NCBI GenBank assembly: GCA_002423965.1 | Contig: DIOR01000027.1 | Span: forward strand, 117,958 to 181,957 | Direction: 5' to 3' | From: Firmicutes bacterium UBA5509 | GTDB taxonomy: Bacteria; Bacillota; Proteinivoracia; UBA4975 | DNA: 64,000 nucleotides | Shown: positions 17,763-27,525 of the stretch, in pieces | Layout: each line of letters begins with the position of its first letter | How positions within the stretch are numbered: the stretch's first letter is position 1 | The notes under the pieces: model-generated | Told to the model about the DNA's origin: nothing | What the model saw: only the letters and a program-made list of their open reading frames with translations | The model's database searches: none | Made by a program: the position numbers and the translations under genes

Positions 17763-18596
17763 CTAAAGTCCTGCTGCGGCAAGAATCTCAGAAGCTACTT
17801 TCTCCACATCTAAATCAGCGTGGATTTTCATACCACCCTGCTGAAGCAAATCCACCAGGCGAAACAAGTCCGGGGCCTGGAGGCCGGTTTGTTCAAATGC
17901 AACCCGTTGCTGAAAGACCTCAATTGGCTTGCCCTGGGTCACCACCTGGCCTGCATGGAGGACATAGACAGTATCCGCCAACAGAGCTACCGGATCCAAC
18001 TGATGGCTAGTGAAAACAATGGCCGTCTTGTCTTCCCTGCTGATAGATCGCAGCAGGCTAACCAAGGCTTTTACTGCCCCCATGTCTAGTTGGGAAAAAG
18101 GCTCATCTAGTACCAGCAATTCCGGTCCAGTCACCAAGGCACCGGCAAGGGCAACTTTCTTTACCTCGCCACCACTAAGGTAGTGAGGGACTTTTCCTTT
18201 GAGGTGGCTAATTCCCAACCGCTGCAAAATTACTTCCACTTTTTTTTCCAGCTCCTGAGAACTTAACTTCAGGTGCCCCATGCCAAAGGCAATATCCTCC
18301 TCTACCGTTGGCCCAATTATCTGCTCTGCAGGATTTTGAAACACCACTCCCAAACGAGTGCGAACTCTTTCAAAATCCTCATAAGGATCCAGGCCAAAGA
18401 CACGGACACTGCCATCTACCGGCCGCAACATGCCTGTAATATGCTGCAGTAATGTAGTCTTGCCGGCCCCATTGGCGGCCAGCACGGCCACAATCTCTCC
18501 GGGCTGAATCTCCAGCTCTAGGCCACAGAGGGAAACCTCTGTACGGTCTGGATAAACATGGCGCAGGCATTTAACATCTACAAGAGGTTCATGCAT
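17763..18596 (-). CDS. ECF transporter ATPase (CbiO/NikO-like)
   Basis: NGAGKTT, FQNP, TVEEDIAFG, LSGGE, LDEP. Confidence 0.9.
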   Translation of the reverse strand: MHEPLVDVKCLRHVYPDRTEVSLCGLELEIQPGEIVAVLAANGAGKTTLLQHITGMLRPVDGSVRVFGLDPYEDFERVRTRLGVVFQNPAEQIIGPTVEEDIAFGMGHLKLSSQELEKKVEVILQRLGISHLKGKVPHYLSGGEVKKVALAGALVTGPELLVLDEPFSQLDMGAVKALVSLLRSISREDKTAIVFTSHQLDPVALLADTVYVLHAGQVVTQGKPIEVFQQRVAFEQTGLQAPDLFRLVDLLQQGGMKIHADLDVEKVASEILAAAGL

Positions 18597-19281
18597 AATA
18601 CCACCCCACTCCTATACAGATTAGTGCTGCCAATAAGGTCAAATCCCAGGTGCGTAAATGCCAGTCACGGCTAATTCTAAGCCCTTGGCCCAGGCCCCTT
18701 AATCTAAGCAAATCATATTGCCGCCCCGCCATATCCCAGGCTCTCACCAAAGTCATGCCATACACCTGGGCCATTGCCCTGACCCGGGACAGGCTGAACC
18801 TTTCTTTCCCCCGGCGCAATCTAAGGGCTGCCAGGGTGTTATTTAGACTCTCCAGCAACAAAAAGAAAGAGCGGTATGTAAAATACATCAGCTCGCCAAA
18901 GACCTCGGGCATTGGCGCAGAAATCAGGCCAAGGATGCGAACTGGTGCAGTGGTCATAAACACCATCACCACTGTCAAGGCTGCCGTGGCTGCTCTCCCT
19001 AGGACTAATAGCCCCACACTCCAATCCCTAAGGCTGATAGCGAAGACGCTGGCAAAAAACACAGGAACAAGGACAAGAGGCAAGAAGACCCCTAGGGCAA
19101 GACGATTGGTCAGGGCCAGCCCCACCATGAAGATCATCAGGCCGACAAGGAAGGTCAATGACCTAGTGGTCAGGAGAAAAGCCAGGGCCCCAAGTACAAA
19201 GAGAGCCTTGGCCAAAGGAGAACACCGCTGTAACCAGCAGCGGTGATTGACAGCTAGATTATCCATTGTCGCTAAATTCAA
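18589..19281 (-). CDS. ECF transporter T component (CbiQ-like)
   Basis: Hydrophobic; TYRSFFLL and two LR(R/G) coupling motifs. Confidence 0.85.
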   Translation of the reverse strand: MNLATMDNLAVNHRCWLQRCSPLAKALFVLGALAFLLTTRSLTFLVGLMIFMVGLALTNRLALGVFLPLVLVPVFFASVFAISLRDWSVGLLVLGRAATAALTVVMVFMTTAPVRILGLISAPMPEVFGELMYFTYRSFFLLLESLNNTLAALRLRRGKERFSLSRVRAMAQVYGMTLVRAWDMAGRQYDLLRLRGLGQGLRISRDWHLRTWDLTLLAALICIGVGWYYA

Positions 19282-19952
19282 GAACCATCACCTCTTAGAA
19301 ACCAGCCTCCCCTGACTTTATTAATATATCCGGCCACCAACATAGAGACAGTCAGTTCCACCGCCACCCACACTGCTACCAGAGGAGCAAAAAAAATAAT
19401 AAAAGTCTTCAAGAAATTGGACTCATGTTTACCATTGTCTACATCGTCCTCGTGTTCATGAGCAGACAGGGTCCCTAATTCCACCCCTGCCACTCCCGCC
19501 ACAGCAACTACCAAGAGAGAGGAAACCATTAGGGCAACCAAGACAGCCACAGCCACATTGGGTAAAAGGCGCCTGGCACCTCCCAAGCCATAAAACAGTA
19601 ATCCCGCCACCAGTGCCTCGCTGCCCACTAACAAAGAATTGATGCCCAGCACCGTCAAACCCCCGTGACCCAACAAGGCTGTAAAAATATTTACAATTAA
19701 CATGGCTAAAAACCCATTGAGGGGTCCCAGGATTATCCCTGCCAAGGCGGCCAAATTGACATGAATAGGCAAGCCCAAGGGGATATTCATTGCCGCTAGT
19801 CCCACAGCAGCCATTATTGCAACGCCAGGCAAAAGGCGGCGCTGGTTCCTAAGCCTAGCCAAAGCCCATAGGGTCAGTAACAAAGAGCAGACCAAACCAC
19901 CTACCCATAACCACCAGGGCAATACTCCATCGCTCATATGCATATGGCTCAC
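19278..19952 (-). CDS. ECF S component (CbiM/NikM family)
   Basis: N-terminus (M)SHMHMSDG, HGGLTVLGIN; GGAGG 7 nt before GTG 19952; His/acidic loop HEHEDD. Confidence 0.85.
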   Translation of the reverse strand: MSHMHMSDGVLPWWLWVGGLVCSLLLTLWALARLRNQRRLLPGVAIMAAVGLAAMNIPLGLPIHVNLAALAGIILGPLNGFLAMLIVNIFTALLGHGGLTVLGINSLLVGSEALVAGLLFYGLGGARRLLPNVAVAVLVALMVSSLLVVAVAGVAGVELGTLSAHEHEDDVDNGKHESNFLKTFIIFFAPLVAVWVAVELTVSMLVAGYINKVRGGWFLRGDGS

Positions 19953-19990
19953 AAATATTCCTCCTGAATAAATACTGAAAAACTGCAGGA

Positions 19991-20413
19991 CTAGACAGAT
20001 TGACAATCCTTGCAGATCCCCATTATCTCAAATTGATGGTCAAGAACCTTAAACTGCGCTCGCTGTAATTCCTCTTCCAGTAAGTCCATAGGGCATCCTC
20101 TTAAGGAGAACCTTGATCCGCATTCCCTGCATACCAGATGATGGTGGTGTAAATTGTTATCAGCGGCTTCATACCAGCTCTTCCCCTGATTAAAATGGGT
20201 TTTTCGCACCATTCCTGCTTCCACCAAAATGTCTAAAGTGCGATAAATAGTAGGATAGCTTATGCTGCTGTCTATTTCTCTGCATTTGTCATAAATGTCT
20301 TCAGCACTTTGGAGGCAGGGATCAGCAAGAAAAACTCCCAGGACCAGCCGGCGTTGCTGGGTAATCCTGTACCCAAGGGCACTGAGCTTGGCTAAGTCTC
20401 GCTTACTCTCCAT
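19991..20413 (-). CDS. Fur-family regulator
   Basis: RITQQR, TIYRTL, HHHHLVCRECG, C-terminal CKDC. Confidence 0.92.
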   Translation of the reverse strand: MESKRDLAKLSALGYRITQQRRLVLGVFLADPCLQSAEDIYDKCREIDSSISYPTIYRTLDILVEAGMVRKTHFNQGKSWYEAADNNLHHHHLVCRECGSRFSLRGCPMDLLEEELQRAQFKVLDHQFEIMGICKDCQSV

Positions 20414-20429
20414 TTACTTACACCTTCTT

Positions 20430-20481
20430 GTAAGTGATTATCATTTACTTATAGTATAGACTGTTTTTCTCCCTATGTCTA
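20430..20481 (-). promoter_or_regulatory. sigA promoter plus Fur-family operator
   Basis: TAGACA (20481-20476)-17 bp-TATACT (20458-20453); 19-bp near-palindrome GTAAATGATAATCACTTAC at 20448-20430. Confidence 0.75.
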
Positions 20482-20640
20482 ATGTCTACTGTAAAAAATC
20501 CAATCCCCTTCCTTAGTAGCAGTATATAAAGGACCTAAATCCTCGGATTGCCTATAATGAGTAGCTGCTTTTTTATTGTAGAATCCTAGGGCGGCCTCTG
20601 GTATACTTGGACTACAGCATAATGAGGAGGGAAAAATCTC

Positions 20641-21684
20641 ATGGAAAGGTTTTGGCCATATATTAAAGAAGCCTTGCTGGATATCTTGGCCATCCCCAGT
20701 CCCAGCGGCTATACATACCAGGCCAATGGGTACCTTAGTCAAGAGCTAGAGGCAATGGAAATTAGCTATTCCACTTCTGCCAAAGGCGCCATCATCGCCA
20801 CAATTCCTGGCAAGGACACTGAAAACCGGCGCATAATCAGCGCCCATATCGATACTTTGGGAGGAATGGTCAAAGAAATAAAGACCAATGGCATGCTGCA
20901 ACTGACCAATGTTGGCGGCTTGGGCTGGGCCAATGTCGAAGGGGAAAACTGCACCATTATCACATCTTCCGGAAAAGATTATACCGGAACCCTTCTGCTT
21001 AACAAAGCTTCTGTCCACGTCCATGGTGACGAAACCGCCACCTGTCAACGCAAAGCCAGCACCATGCAGGTGCGGCTAGATGAAAAGGTCGATTCCGATG
21101 AAAGCACCCGCAACCTTGGCATTGAAGTAGGAGATTTTGTCGTCTTTGACCCCCGTACAACTGCTACAGAATCCGGTTTTATTAAATCTCGCCACCTAGA
21201 CGACAAGGCAGGAGTAGCTGTAATCCTTGGGGTCCTCAAGGCCATTAAACAAGAGGAACTGGAGCTTCCCTGTACAACTCATTTTTACTTCAGCAACTTT
21301 GAGGAAGTCGGCCATGGAGCCAGTGCTGGCATCCCAGCTGGTGTCAAGGAAATGCTCTGCATCGACATGGGCGCACCGGGAGAAGGTCAGCAATCCGATG
21401 AGTTCAGCGTCTCTATTTGTGCAAAGGATTCCACCGGCCCCTATAGCTGGTCCATGAAGGAGAGACTTATCGCCCTGTGCAAGGATAATAACATCCCCTA
21501 TCGGGTGGACATATATCCCTACTACGGATCCGACGCCTCAGCATCTTTACGGGCTGGCCATGATTTGGTCACCGGTCTCATCGGCCCCGGCGTCGACGCC
21601 TCCCACTCCTACGAACGCACCCATAAAGACAGCATCATGGCTACTGCCAAGCTCACCTTAGCCTATATTAAGAGCGAAATCTAA
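20641..21684 (+). CDS. M42-family metallo-aminopeptidase
   Basis: SAHIDTLG, SRHLDDKAG, EEVGHG, DMG, SHSYER. Confidence 0.92.
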   Translation: MERFWPYIKEALLDILAIPSPSGYTYQANGYLSQELEAMEISYSTSAKGAIIATIPGKDTENRRIISAHIDTLGGMVKEIKTNGMLQLTNVGGLGWANVEGENCTIITSSGKDYTGTLLLNKASVHVHGDETATCQRKASTMQVRLDEKVDSDESTRNLGIEVGDFVVFDPRTTATESGFIKSRHLDDKAGVAVILGVLKAIKQEELELPCTTHFYFSNFEEVGHGASAGIPAGVKEMLCIDMGAPGEGQQSDEFSVSICAKDSTGPYSWSMKERLIALCKDNNIPYRVDIYPYYGSDASASLRAGHDLVTGLIGPGVDASHSYERTHKDSIMATAKLTLAYIKSEI

Positions 21685-21717
21685 AATGTGGCACTGGGGA
21701 ATACCCAGTGCCACATT
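21685..21717. terminator. Terminator hairpin between convergent genes
   Basis: 14-bp perfect stem AATGTGGCACTGGG/CCCAGTGCCACATT. Confidence 0.75.
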
Positions 21718-21718
21718 A

Positions 21719-21865
21719 CTATTTCTTGTCCAAAACAGCCAGTAAACTCACTGCGCCGTAGATTATTCCGATGACCAGGAAGATAGTCAGCATTCCCAGC
21801 CCCATTACCTTCAGGGAGCTAAGGAAATTGAGATAGGCAGTGCTCCAACTGTATTCAGCAAACAT
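21719..21865 (-). CDS. OadG-like small single-TM decarboxylase subunit
   Basis: 48 aa MFAEY...MGLGMLTIFLVIGII...; RBS GGAG; directly after the beta subunit. Confidence 0.7.
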   Translation of the reverse strand: MFAEYSWSTAYLNFLSSLKVMGLGMLTIFLVIGIIYGAVSLLAVLDKK

Positions 21866-21884
21866 ATTATCTCCATCCTTCTTT

Positions 21885-23036
21885 CTAAAATAAGATAGGC
21901 ACCAAAGCCAAAATAATACCACCGGCCACCACAGAGGCAATCTGGCCAGCCACATTGGCGCCGACAGCATGCATTAAGAGATGGTTTTGATCGTTGGCTT
22001 CTAAGCCCATCTTCTGCACCACCCGAGCCGACATGGGAAAGGCGGAAATCCCAGCAGCACCAACCATGGGATTGATCTTGTTTTTCTCCTTCAGGAAGAG
22101 ATTGAGGAACTTGGCGAACATAACTCCGCTGATACTGTCAAAGACAAAGGCAAATAGACCTAGTAGCATAATGAGCAAGGTTTCCAAAGTGAGGAAGTCA
22201 GCAGCCTGCATCTTAAAGGCAATAGTAATACCCAGGAAAAGGGTAACTAAGTTGGCTAGCACGTTCTGGGCTGTCTTAGAAAGGGTTTCTAGTTTGCCAC
22301 ATTCTCGAATAAGATTGCCAAACATTAAGAATCCAACCAAGGCCACTGAAGCTGGGGCTGCTAGTCCTGCAACAATGGTAACGATTATTGGGAACAAGAT
22401 TCGTGTTGTCCGGGAGACACCCTTTGGGTTGTACTCCATCTCCATAGCCCTTTCCTTCTTGGTAGTAACCAGTTTGATGGCAAAGGGCTGGATTATGGGG
22501 ACCAGGGCCATATAAGAATACGCCGCCACAGCAATGGCCGAAAAATAATTGCTTTTAAATATATTGGCCACTAGGATGGCGGTAGGTCCGTCAGCAGCAC
22601 CAATAATGGCAATAGAAGCCGCATCCTTCAACTCAAAACCCATTAATGACGCCACAGAAAAGGTAAGGAAAATGCCAAATTGAGCTGCCGCGCCAAAGAG
22701 TAACATCCGGGGGTTGGAAAGCAAGGGACCAAAATCAATCATAGCGCCAATACCAATAAAGAGGAATAGAGGCAGTGCCTCGGAGGCTTCAATCCCAACA
22801 CTATATATCCAGGCAATGATGCCAGTGGTCTCCCCGATTCCAGGCATCACCTGATTAAGGACGCCAGATAAGGGCAAGTTAACCAGTATAGCCCCGAAGC
22901 CCATCGGCAGCAATAAAGAGGGTTCCATATCCTTCTTAATTGCCAGATAAATAAGTAGCCCCCCCAGTAGCATCATAATTACCTGAGGCAGGGTAATAGA
23001 AGTAATACCACTGATTAGTACATCCACATTCATCAT
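21885..23036 (-). CDS. Na+-translocating decarboxylase beta subunit (OadB/GcdB/MmdB)
   Basis: EPxLLLPMGFG, FGAAAQFG, IIGAADGPT, AAYSYMALVP, NVAGQIAS. Confidence 0.92.
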   Translation of the reverse strand: MMNVDVLISGITSITLPQVIMMLLGGLLIYLAIKKDMEPSLLLPMGFGAILVNLPLSGVLNQVMPGIGETTGIIAWIYSVGIEASEALPLFLFIGIGAMIDFGPLLSNPRMLLFGAAAQFGIFLTFSVASLMGFELKDAASIAIIGAADGPTAILVANIFKSNYFSAIAVAAYSYMALVPIIQPFAIKLVTTKKERAMEMEYNPKGVSRTTRILFPIIVTIVAGLAAPASVALVGFLMFGNLIRECGKLETLSKTAQNVLANLVTLFLGITIAFKMQAADFLTLETLLIMLLGLFAFVFDSISGVMFAKFLNLFLKEKNKINPMVGAAGISAFPMSARVVQKMGLEANDQNHLLMHAVGANVAGQIASVVAGGIILALVPILF

Positions 23037-23172
23037 CCTTTGTAACTATTATAAAAAGAGAGTATAAGATTGCATAGACCTAGAGAAATATTATCACATC
23101 TTGGACAGGCCTGCCACTTCTTTTCCCTCCCAGGGGCAATAGTCCAAAACCACAGCATGCCTTTTTTGGCAC

Positions 23173-23203
23173 TACAAAAGCGGGGTCGAAACCCCGCTTT
23201 GTA
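23173..23203 (-). terminator. Terminator of the vpr-like gene
   Basis: AAAGCGGGGT-CGAA-ACCCCGCTTT. Confidence 0.75.
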
Positions 23204-23226
23204 TTTGTCCCCAATGTTTTTTGATC

Positions 23227-25614
23227 CTACGGGACGATTACTTCATCCAGTATCCAGCCCTCGGTCCTGTCACCCTTGTAGACAAAGGCTACCATGTAGT
23301 AAGTTCCTGAAGGCAATGGTTGACCGGAGGCAGTTTTATCCCAGTAGTACTCCACATACCCCGCGGGGACATCATAATCGGCAATTAGTTCAGCCACTGG
23401 CTGGACATTGAGAGTGTACAGATCCAAAAATACTGCATCGGCACCACCTGGAAGATATAGCTCAACCAGGTATTGGTCTCCTAAATCCGCTAGACCTGCC
23501 CCTCCAAGCAAGGGATAATCAGGGTCCCCCACAAAGAGAATAGCTGGCACCCGTATTTCCTCGTTACCTCCCCGGAGTGTAATTTCTCCCTCGTAATAAC
23601 CGGGGGCAAGAGCCGAGGCATTCACTTGCACATTCATTTTAACTTGCTGAGATTTCCTTGGGCCTACATTGAGGTTATTACTGTGGGTAACCTTTATGCC
23701 GGCAGGGAAATCGATATCTATGGTGTACCTAATCTTTTTGTTGGAGAGATTCTTAACTGTAAACCTGAATTGCTCATCTTGCTTGCCCTTGGCCTTGTTA
23801 AAGACTCCAAAAGAGTAACTTCCAGGTGTTACAAGAGTCTTTGTCTCAATGGCCTTATCCACCCTGATGCTACCAGCACCCTGAGTGTTATGAGGATAAG
23901 AATCCCCGGTATAGGGGTCAGTCAGTTCAACAGCGGTATTCATCAGGGCAGCTTTAATATCTTCTACACTCCAATTGGGATGAGCTTGACGCAAAAGAGC
24001 GGAGGCTCCTGCAACATGGGGTGAAGACATGCTGGTTCCTTGGTAAATGGCATACCCATGGGGTGCGGCGGGGTTGTGGGTAGGCACCGTACTGATGATA
24101 TCGACGCCGGGAGCACAGACATCGGGCTTAATCATCCAAGTAGCCACTACGGGTCCCCGGGAAGAAAAGTCAGCGACGCTTTCCATGAAACCGAGATGAT
24201 CAATATCAAAGGTCACCACGTTGTTGCCGGCAACCATTTCCCCATACATTGCCACCCCATCCAAGCCAGACATCTTGAAGGTGGGAATGATCATGCCGCC
24301 AACGGTGGAACCCATATCACCGGCCTCGTTATTAAAGATAATTGCTGCAACTGCACCTGCGTCAGCAGCGTTGGCTGCCTTGTCTAAGAAAGCATGGGTT
24401 CCTCTTTGGATTAAGGCAACTTTGCCGGTCAAGTCCAGGCCGACAAAATCCTCTACGCCCCCAAGGCCTACGTAGACAAACTTATACCCATTGCCATCCA
24501 AGGCATTTACATCTTTGGGGTTAGTATAGCCCATTACGTCAAAACTGCTGTATACCATCCCTTCAGAGGTAAAAATATCTGCGGCGAAGAAATCCTGGGG
24601 CAATGCAGTGGCACCCACGGAAATCGCCGTCCGAGAGGTTCCTGGTGAGCCCACAGTCCAATTGTCCGGACCAGAGTTTCCGCTGGAGGTAACTGCCACC
24701 ACTCCTTCTGCCATGGCCCAATCCAAGGCAATGCTGGTGGCCCAGTCGGGGTCATTGATGGAATTCCCCAGAGATAGGTTCATGACATCTGCACCATCTA
24801 ATACTGCCCTTTCAATTCCAGCTACCACATCAGTGGTAGAACCACTACCACCAGGACCCAGTACCCGGTAGGCCAACAACTGAGCATTGGGAGCAATCCC
24901 CTTAATCAAGCCATTGGCAGCGATTGTCCCTGACACATGGGTACCATGAGCGGTCTCCCCTTCGGGGATAATTCCCGGAGGTGTTTCCTGGGGATAGGCA
25001 TCATTGTCCACGAAGTCCCAGCCCTTATAGTCCCCAAAGGCGTGGACAAGATCGGGATGGGTATAATCGCAGCCGGTATCAATAACCGCTACTGTAATCC
25101 CCTCACCAGTGAAGCCCAGTTCATCCCAGGCCCGCTCTGCTCCAATATATGGAGCTGAGTAAATCATCGTTGGGGCTTCGATGAAATCCATCTGCTCCCC
25201 AGTGACAGTGTATTCAACGTTGGGATACACAGCTTTTACTCCTGGGACTGCCAGCAGAGCCGGAATCATATTCTCCCGGATATCCAGGGACATGCCGGAA
25301 AATACGTGAGAGTAATTCCTGTTTACCTCTACATCAGTCACGGCCTTTATTGCCTTGACTACTTTATCCCTTTCCGCCTTCAGCTTACCAGCACTCTGGT
25401 TAACCCCAGAATGCTTTCCTTCTACAACTGACACTGCATCTAGCTCAACTATTACAGTGACATCCTCCTCCGAGGAAAAGTCAAACTTGCCATATAGAGT
25501 AGCAAGCTTAAGGGGATCATCAGGCCGAGCTACAGCTCCAATACCCACCACAGAAAACACCAACATTAACGCCACAAATAGAGCCAGAGACCTAACTAAC
25601 CTTTTTGTTTCCAA
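23227..25614 (-). CDS. Secreted Vpr-like S8 serine protease (I9 propeptide, PA insert, Fn3-like tail)
   Basis: Catalytic IDTG, HGTHVSG, GTSMSSPHVAG; PA domain GKVALIQRG; signal peptide. Confidence 0.92.
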   Translation of the reverse strand: METKRLVRSLALFVALMLVFSVVGIGAVARPDDPLKLATLYGKFDFSSEEDVTVIVELDAVSVVEGKHSGVNQSAGKLKAERDKVVKAIKAVTDVEVNRNYSHVFSGMSLDIRENMIPALLAVPGVKAVYPNVEYTVTGEQMDFIEAPTMIYSAPYIGAERAWDELGFTGEGITVAVIDTGCDYTHPDLVHAFGDYKGWDFVDNDAYPQETPPGIIPEGETAHGTHVSGTIAANGLIKGIAPNAQLLAYRVLGPGGSGSTTDVVAGIERAVLDGADVMNLSLGNSINDPDWATSIALDWAMAEGVVAVTSSGNSGPDNWTVGSPGTSRTAISVGATALPQDFFAADIFTSEGMVYSSFDVMGYTNPKDVNALDGNGYKFVYVGLGGVEDFVGLDLTGKVALIQRGTHAFLDKAANAADAGAVAAIIFNNEAGDMGSTVGGMIIPTFKMSGLDGVAMYGEMVAGNNVVTFDIDHLGFMESVADFSSRGPVVATWMIKPDVCAPGVDIISTVPTHNPAAPHGYAIYQGTSMSSPHVAGASALLRQAHPNWSVEDIKAALMNTAVELTDPYTGDSYPHNTQGAGSIRVDKAIETKTLVTPGSYSFGVFNKAKGKQDEQFRFTVKNLSNKKIRYTIDIDFPAGIKVTHSNNLNVGPRKSQQVKMNVQVNASALAPGYYEGEITLRGGNEEIRVPAILFVGDPDYPLLGGAGLADLGDQYLVELYLPGGADAVFLDLYTLNVQPVAELIADYDVPAGYVEYYWDKTASGQPLPSGTYYMVAFVYKGDRTEGWILDEVIVP

Positions 25615-25855
25615 GCTTTTTTACCACCTTTCATATGTTTTTTGGAAAACCCCTTTACACCTACTTGCATCCCCCCAATGACAAATTTCTAGGTTGGACA
25701 CTTGTACATACTCCTACTTCGTAAAAATAATGACTTTTTCCGTATGAAGATACAAAAATAGATGCGCTCGACGGATAAATGAATTAAGTCGTGGAACACA
25801 TCTATTAAATAAACGGAGCTCTTCCCCAAAGGGAGTGCTTAAATACTATCATATA

Positions 25856-25883
25856 TTATTCGCGGAAAGTTGACGATTCCTGT
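25856..25883 (-). promoter_or_regulatory. sigH-like promoter upstream of the vpr-like gene
   Basis: ACAGGAATC-N11-GCGAATAA, close to RNAGGAWWW-N11/12-RNNGAATWW. Confidence 0.55.
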
Positions 25884-25933
25884 CCATAGAGTTTTGCTTT
25901 TCTCAACTTTTTGCGACATTTTCCGGGAAATAA

Positions 25934-27208
25934 TTAGAGCTGTGGCGTCAAGTTTTTCAAGCCGTTCATATATGGCCATAGGACTTCGGGAATGTTGACA
26001 CTGCCATCTTCCTGCTGATGGTTCTCTAGCAGGGGAATGAGGATTCGGGGCGAGGCTATTCCGGTATTGTTCAAGGTATAGCAGAATTTTGACTTGCCAT
26101 CGCTGTCCCGGTACTTAATGTTCAGTCTCCTGCTCTGATAGTCATTTAATGTAGAACAAGAGTGGGTTTCGCAGTAAGCATCACGACTGGGCATCCAGGT
26201 TTCAACTTCATGTTTTAGCACCTGTCCCGCACCAATCTCACCGCTGCAGGCAAGGGCCACCCGATAAGGGAGCTGGAGCTGCTGCAAAATTTCTTCTACA
26301 TTTTGCAGCAATTCATTGTGGAGTGTGGCGGCAATCTCAGCATCTGCAGGACAGAAAACTACCTGCTCAACTTTCTGAAACTGATGAACCCGATAGAGAC
26401 CTCGGGTATCCTTGCCGTAAGTTCCTGCCTCCCGCCGGAAACAGGTGGAAAGGGCTGTGTACCGCAGGGGCAAATCCCGGTAGGACAAGATCTCATCCAT
26501 ATGGTAGGCCACCATAGGTACCTCAGAGGTTCCCACCAGGTACAGTTCGTCTTCCGGAACGGTGTAGGCCTGATCCCGACCAAGGGGGAAATATCCCGTG
26601 CCCATCATCGCCCGCTCCCGGACCAGCACTGGCACTGTCAGCAAATTAAATCCCCGGGCCATAAGCGTATCAATGACGAATCTAGTCACGGCCATCTCCA
26701 GTAAGGCCCCAGAGTTTTTCAGGATAAAGGAACGGCTGCCGGCAATATCTACCGCCCGGGGGACATCGACTATGTCCAGGGCCTCCGCCAATTCCAGATG
26801 ATCTTTAAAAGGAAAGGCAAACTTCGGGACCTCTCCCACCCGACGCAGCTCCACATTATCTGCCTCACCTTTGCCAATGGGGACTTCCGGCAGGGGAATA
26901 CTAGGCACCAGCAGCATCAATTCATCATATTCTTCCTTTACCACTGCCATCCTGCCTTCAGTGTCACTGATATTATCTTTCAAAACCCGAACCCGATTAA
27001 TCCCCTCTTGTTTTGCTTCCCCTTTTAGGTTGGGAATTTCCCGGGAAAGGCTGTTGCGCTCTTCCCGCATGGAATCCGCCTGGGAAGTCAAAGCTTTTAC
27101 CTCCCCATAGACTGCCAGCAGCCTGTCAACGTCCACCTCCATGTTCTTGTCCCGGGCAGCCTTCTTGACCACTTCGGGATACTCCACAATAAATTTGATA
27201 TCCAGCAT
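25934..27208 (-). CDS. serS: Seryl-tRNA synthetase
   Basis: MLDIKFI coiled-coil N-terminus, GTSE, CFRREAG, RVHQFQKVEQ, TLNNTGIA, LLENHQ. Confidence 0.97.
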   Translation of the reverse strand: MLDIKFIVEYPEVVKKAARDKNMEVDVDRLLAVYGEVKALTSQADSMREERNSLSREIPNLKGEAKQEGINRVRVLKDNISDTEGRMAVVKEEYDELMLLVPSIPLPEVPIGKGEADNVELRRVGEVPKFAFPFKDHLELAEALDIVDVPRAVDIAGSRSFILKNSGALLEMAVTRFVIDTLMARGFNLLTVPVLVRERAMMGTGYFPLGRDQAYTVPEDELYLVGTSEVPMVAYHMDEILSYRDLPLRYTALSTCFRREAGTYGKDTRGLYRVHQFQKVEQVVFCPADAEIAATLHNELLQNVEEILQQLQLPYRVALACSGEIGAGQVLKHEVETWMPSRDAYCETHSCSTLNDYQSRRLNIKYRDSDGKSKFCYTLNNTGIASPRILIPLLENHQQEDGSVNIPEVLWPYMNGLKNLTPQL

Positions 27209-27226
27209 AACTACACCTCCATATAA

Positions 27227-27438
27227 TTAAAAAACCCGCCCCTATAGGGACGAGCTGTATGCCCGCGGTACCACCCAAATTAACCGAAACCGGTTCACTT
27301 GTATGTGCCTTAACCCAGCACTGGGTCCGACTCATCGCCGAATATCTCCGGGGCGGAATTCACAAAATTCCCTGGCTGGTTTCCACCTGCCGCCAGCTCT
27401 CTGGACAGGTAATTCTTGCTACTCTTCCCCTTCATAGA
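27227..27438 (-). ncRNA. T-box riboswitch (Ser specifier)
   Basis: AGTA, AGAGAG and GGTGGAA stem I motifs; GAA-T-TCC specifier (27357-27355); T-box AATTTGGGTGGTACCGCGG; terminator CTCGTCCCTATAGGGGCGGGTTTTTT. Confidence 0.92.
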
Positions 27439-27491
27439 TAAATATTGACTTGCCCATATTCTACCCTATACTACCCTATGAATGCAAGAAT

Positions 27492-27521
27492 AAAAAATAT
27501 CGCCCCAACAAACAGGGGCGA
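27492..27521 (-). terminator. Terminator of the tasA-sipW operon
   Basis: TCGCCCC-N8-GGGGCGA followed by a T-run. Confidence 0.65.
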
Positions 27522-27525
27522 GCTC

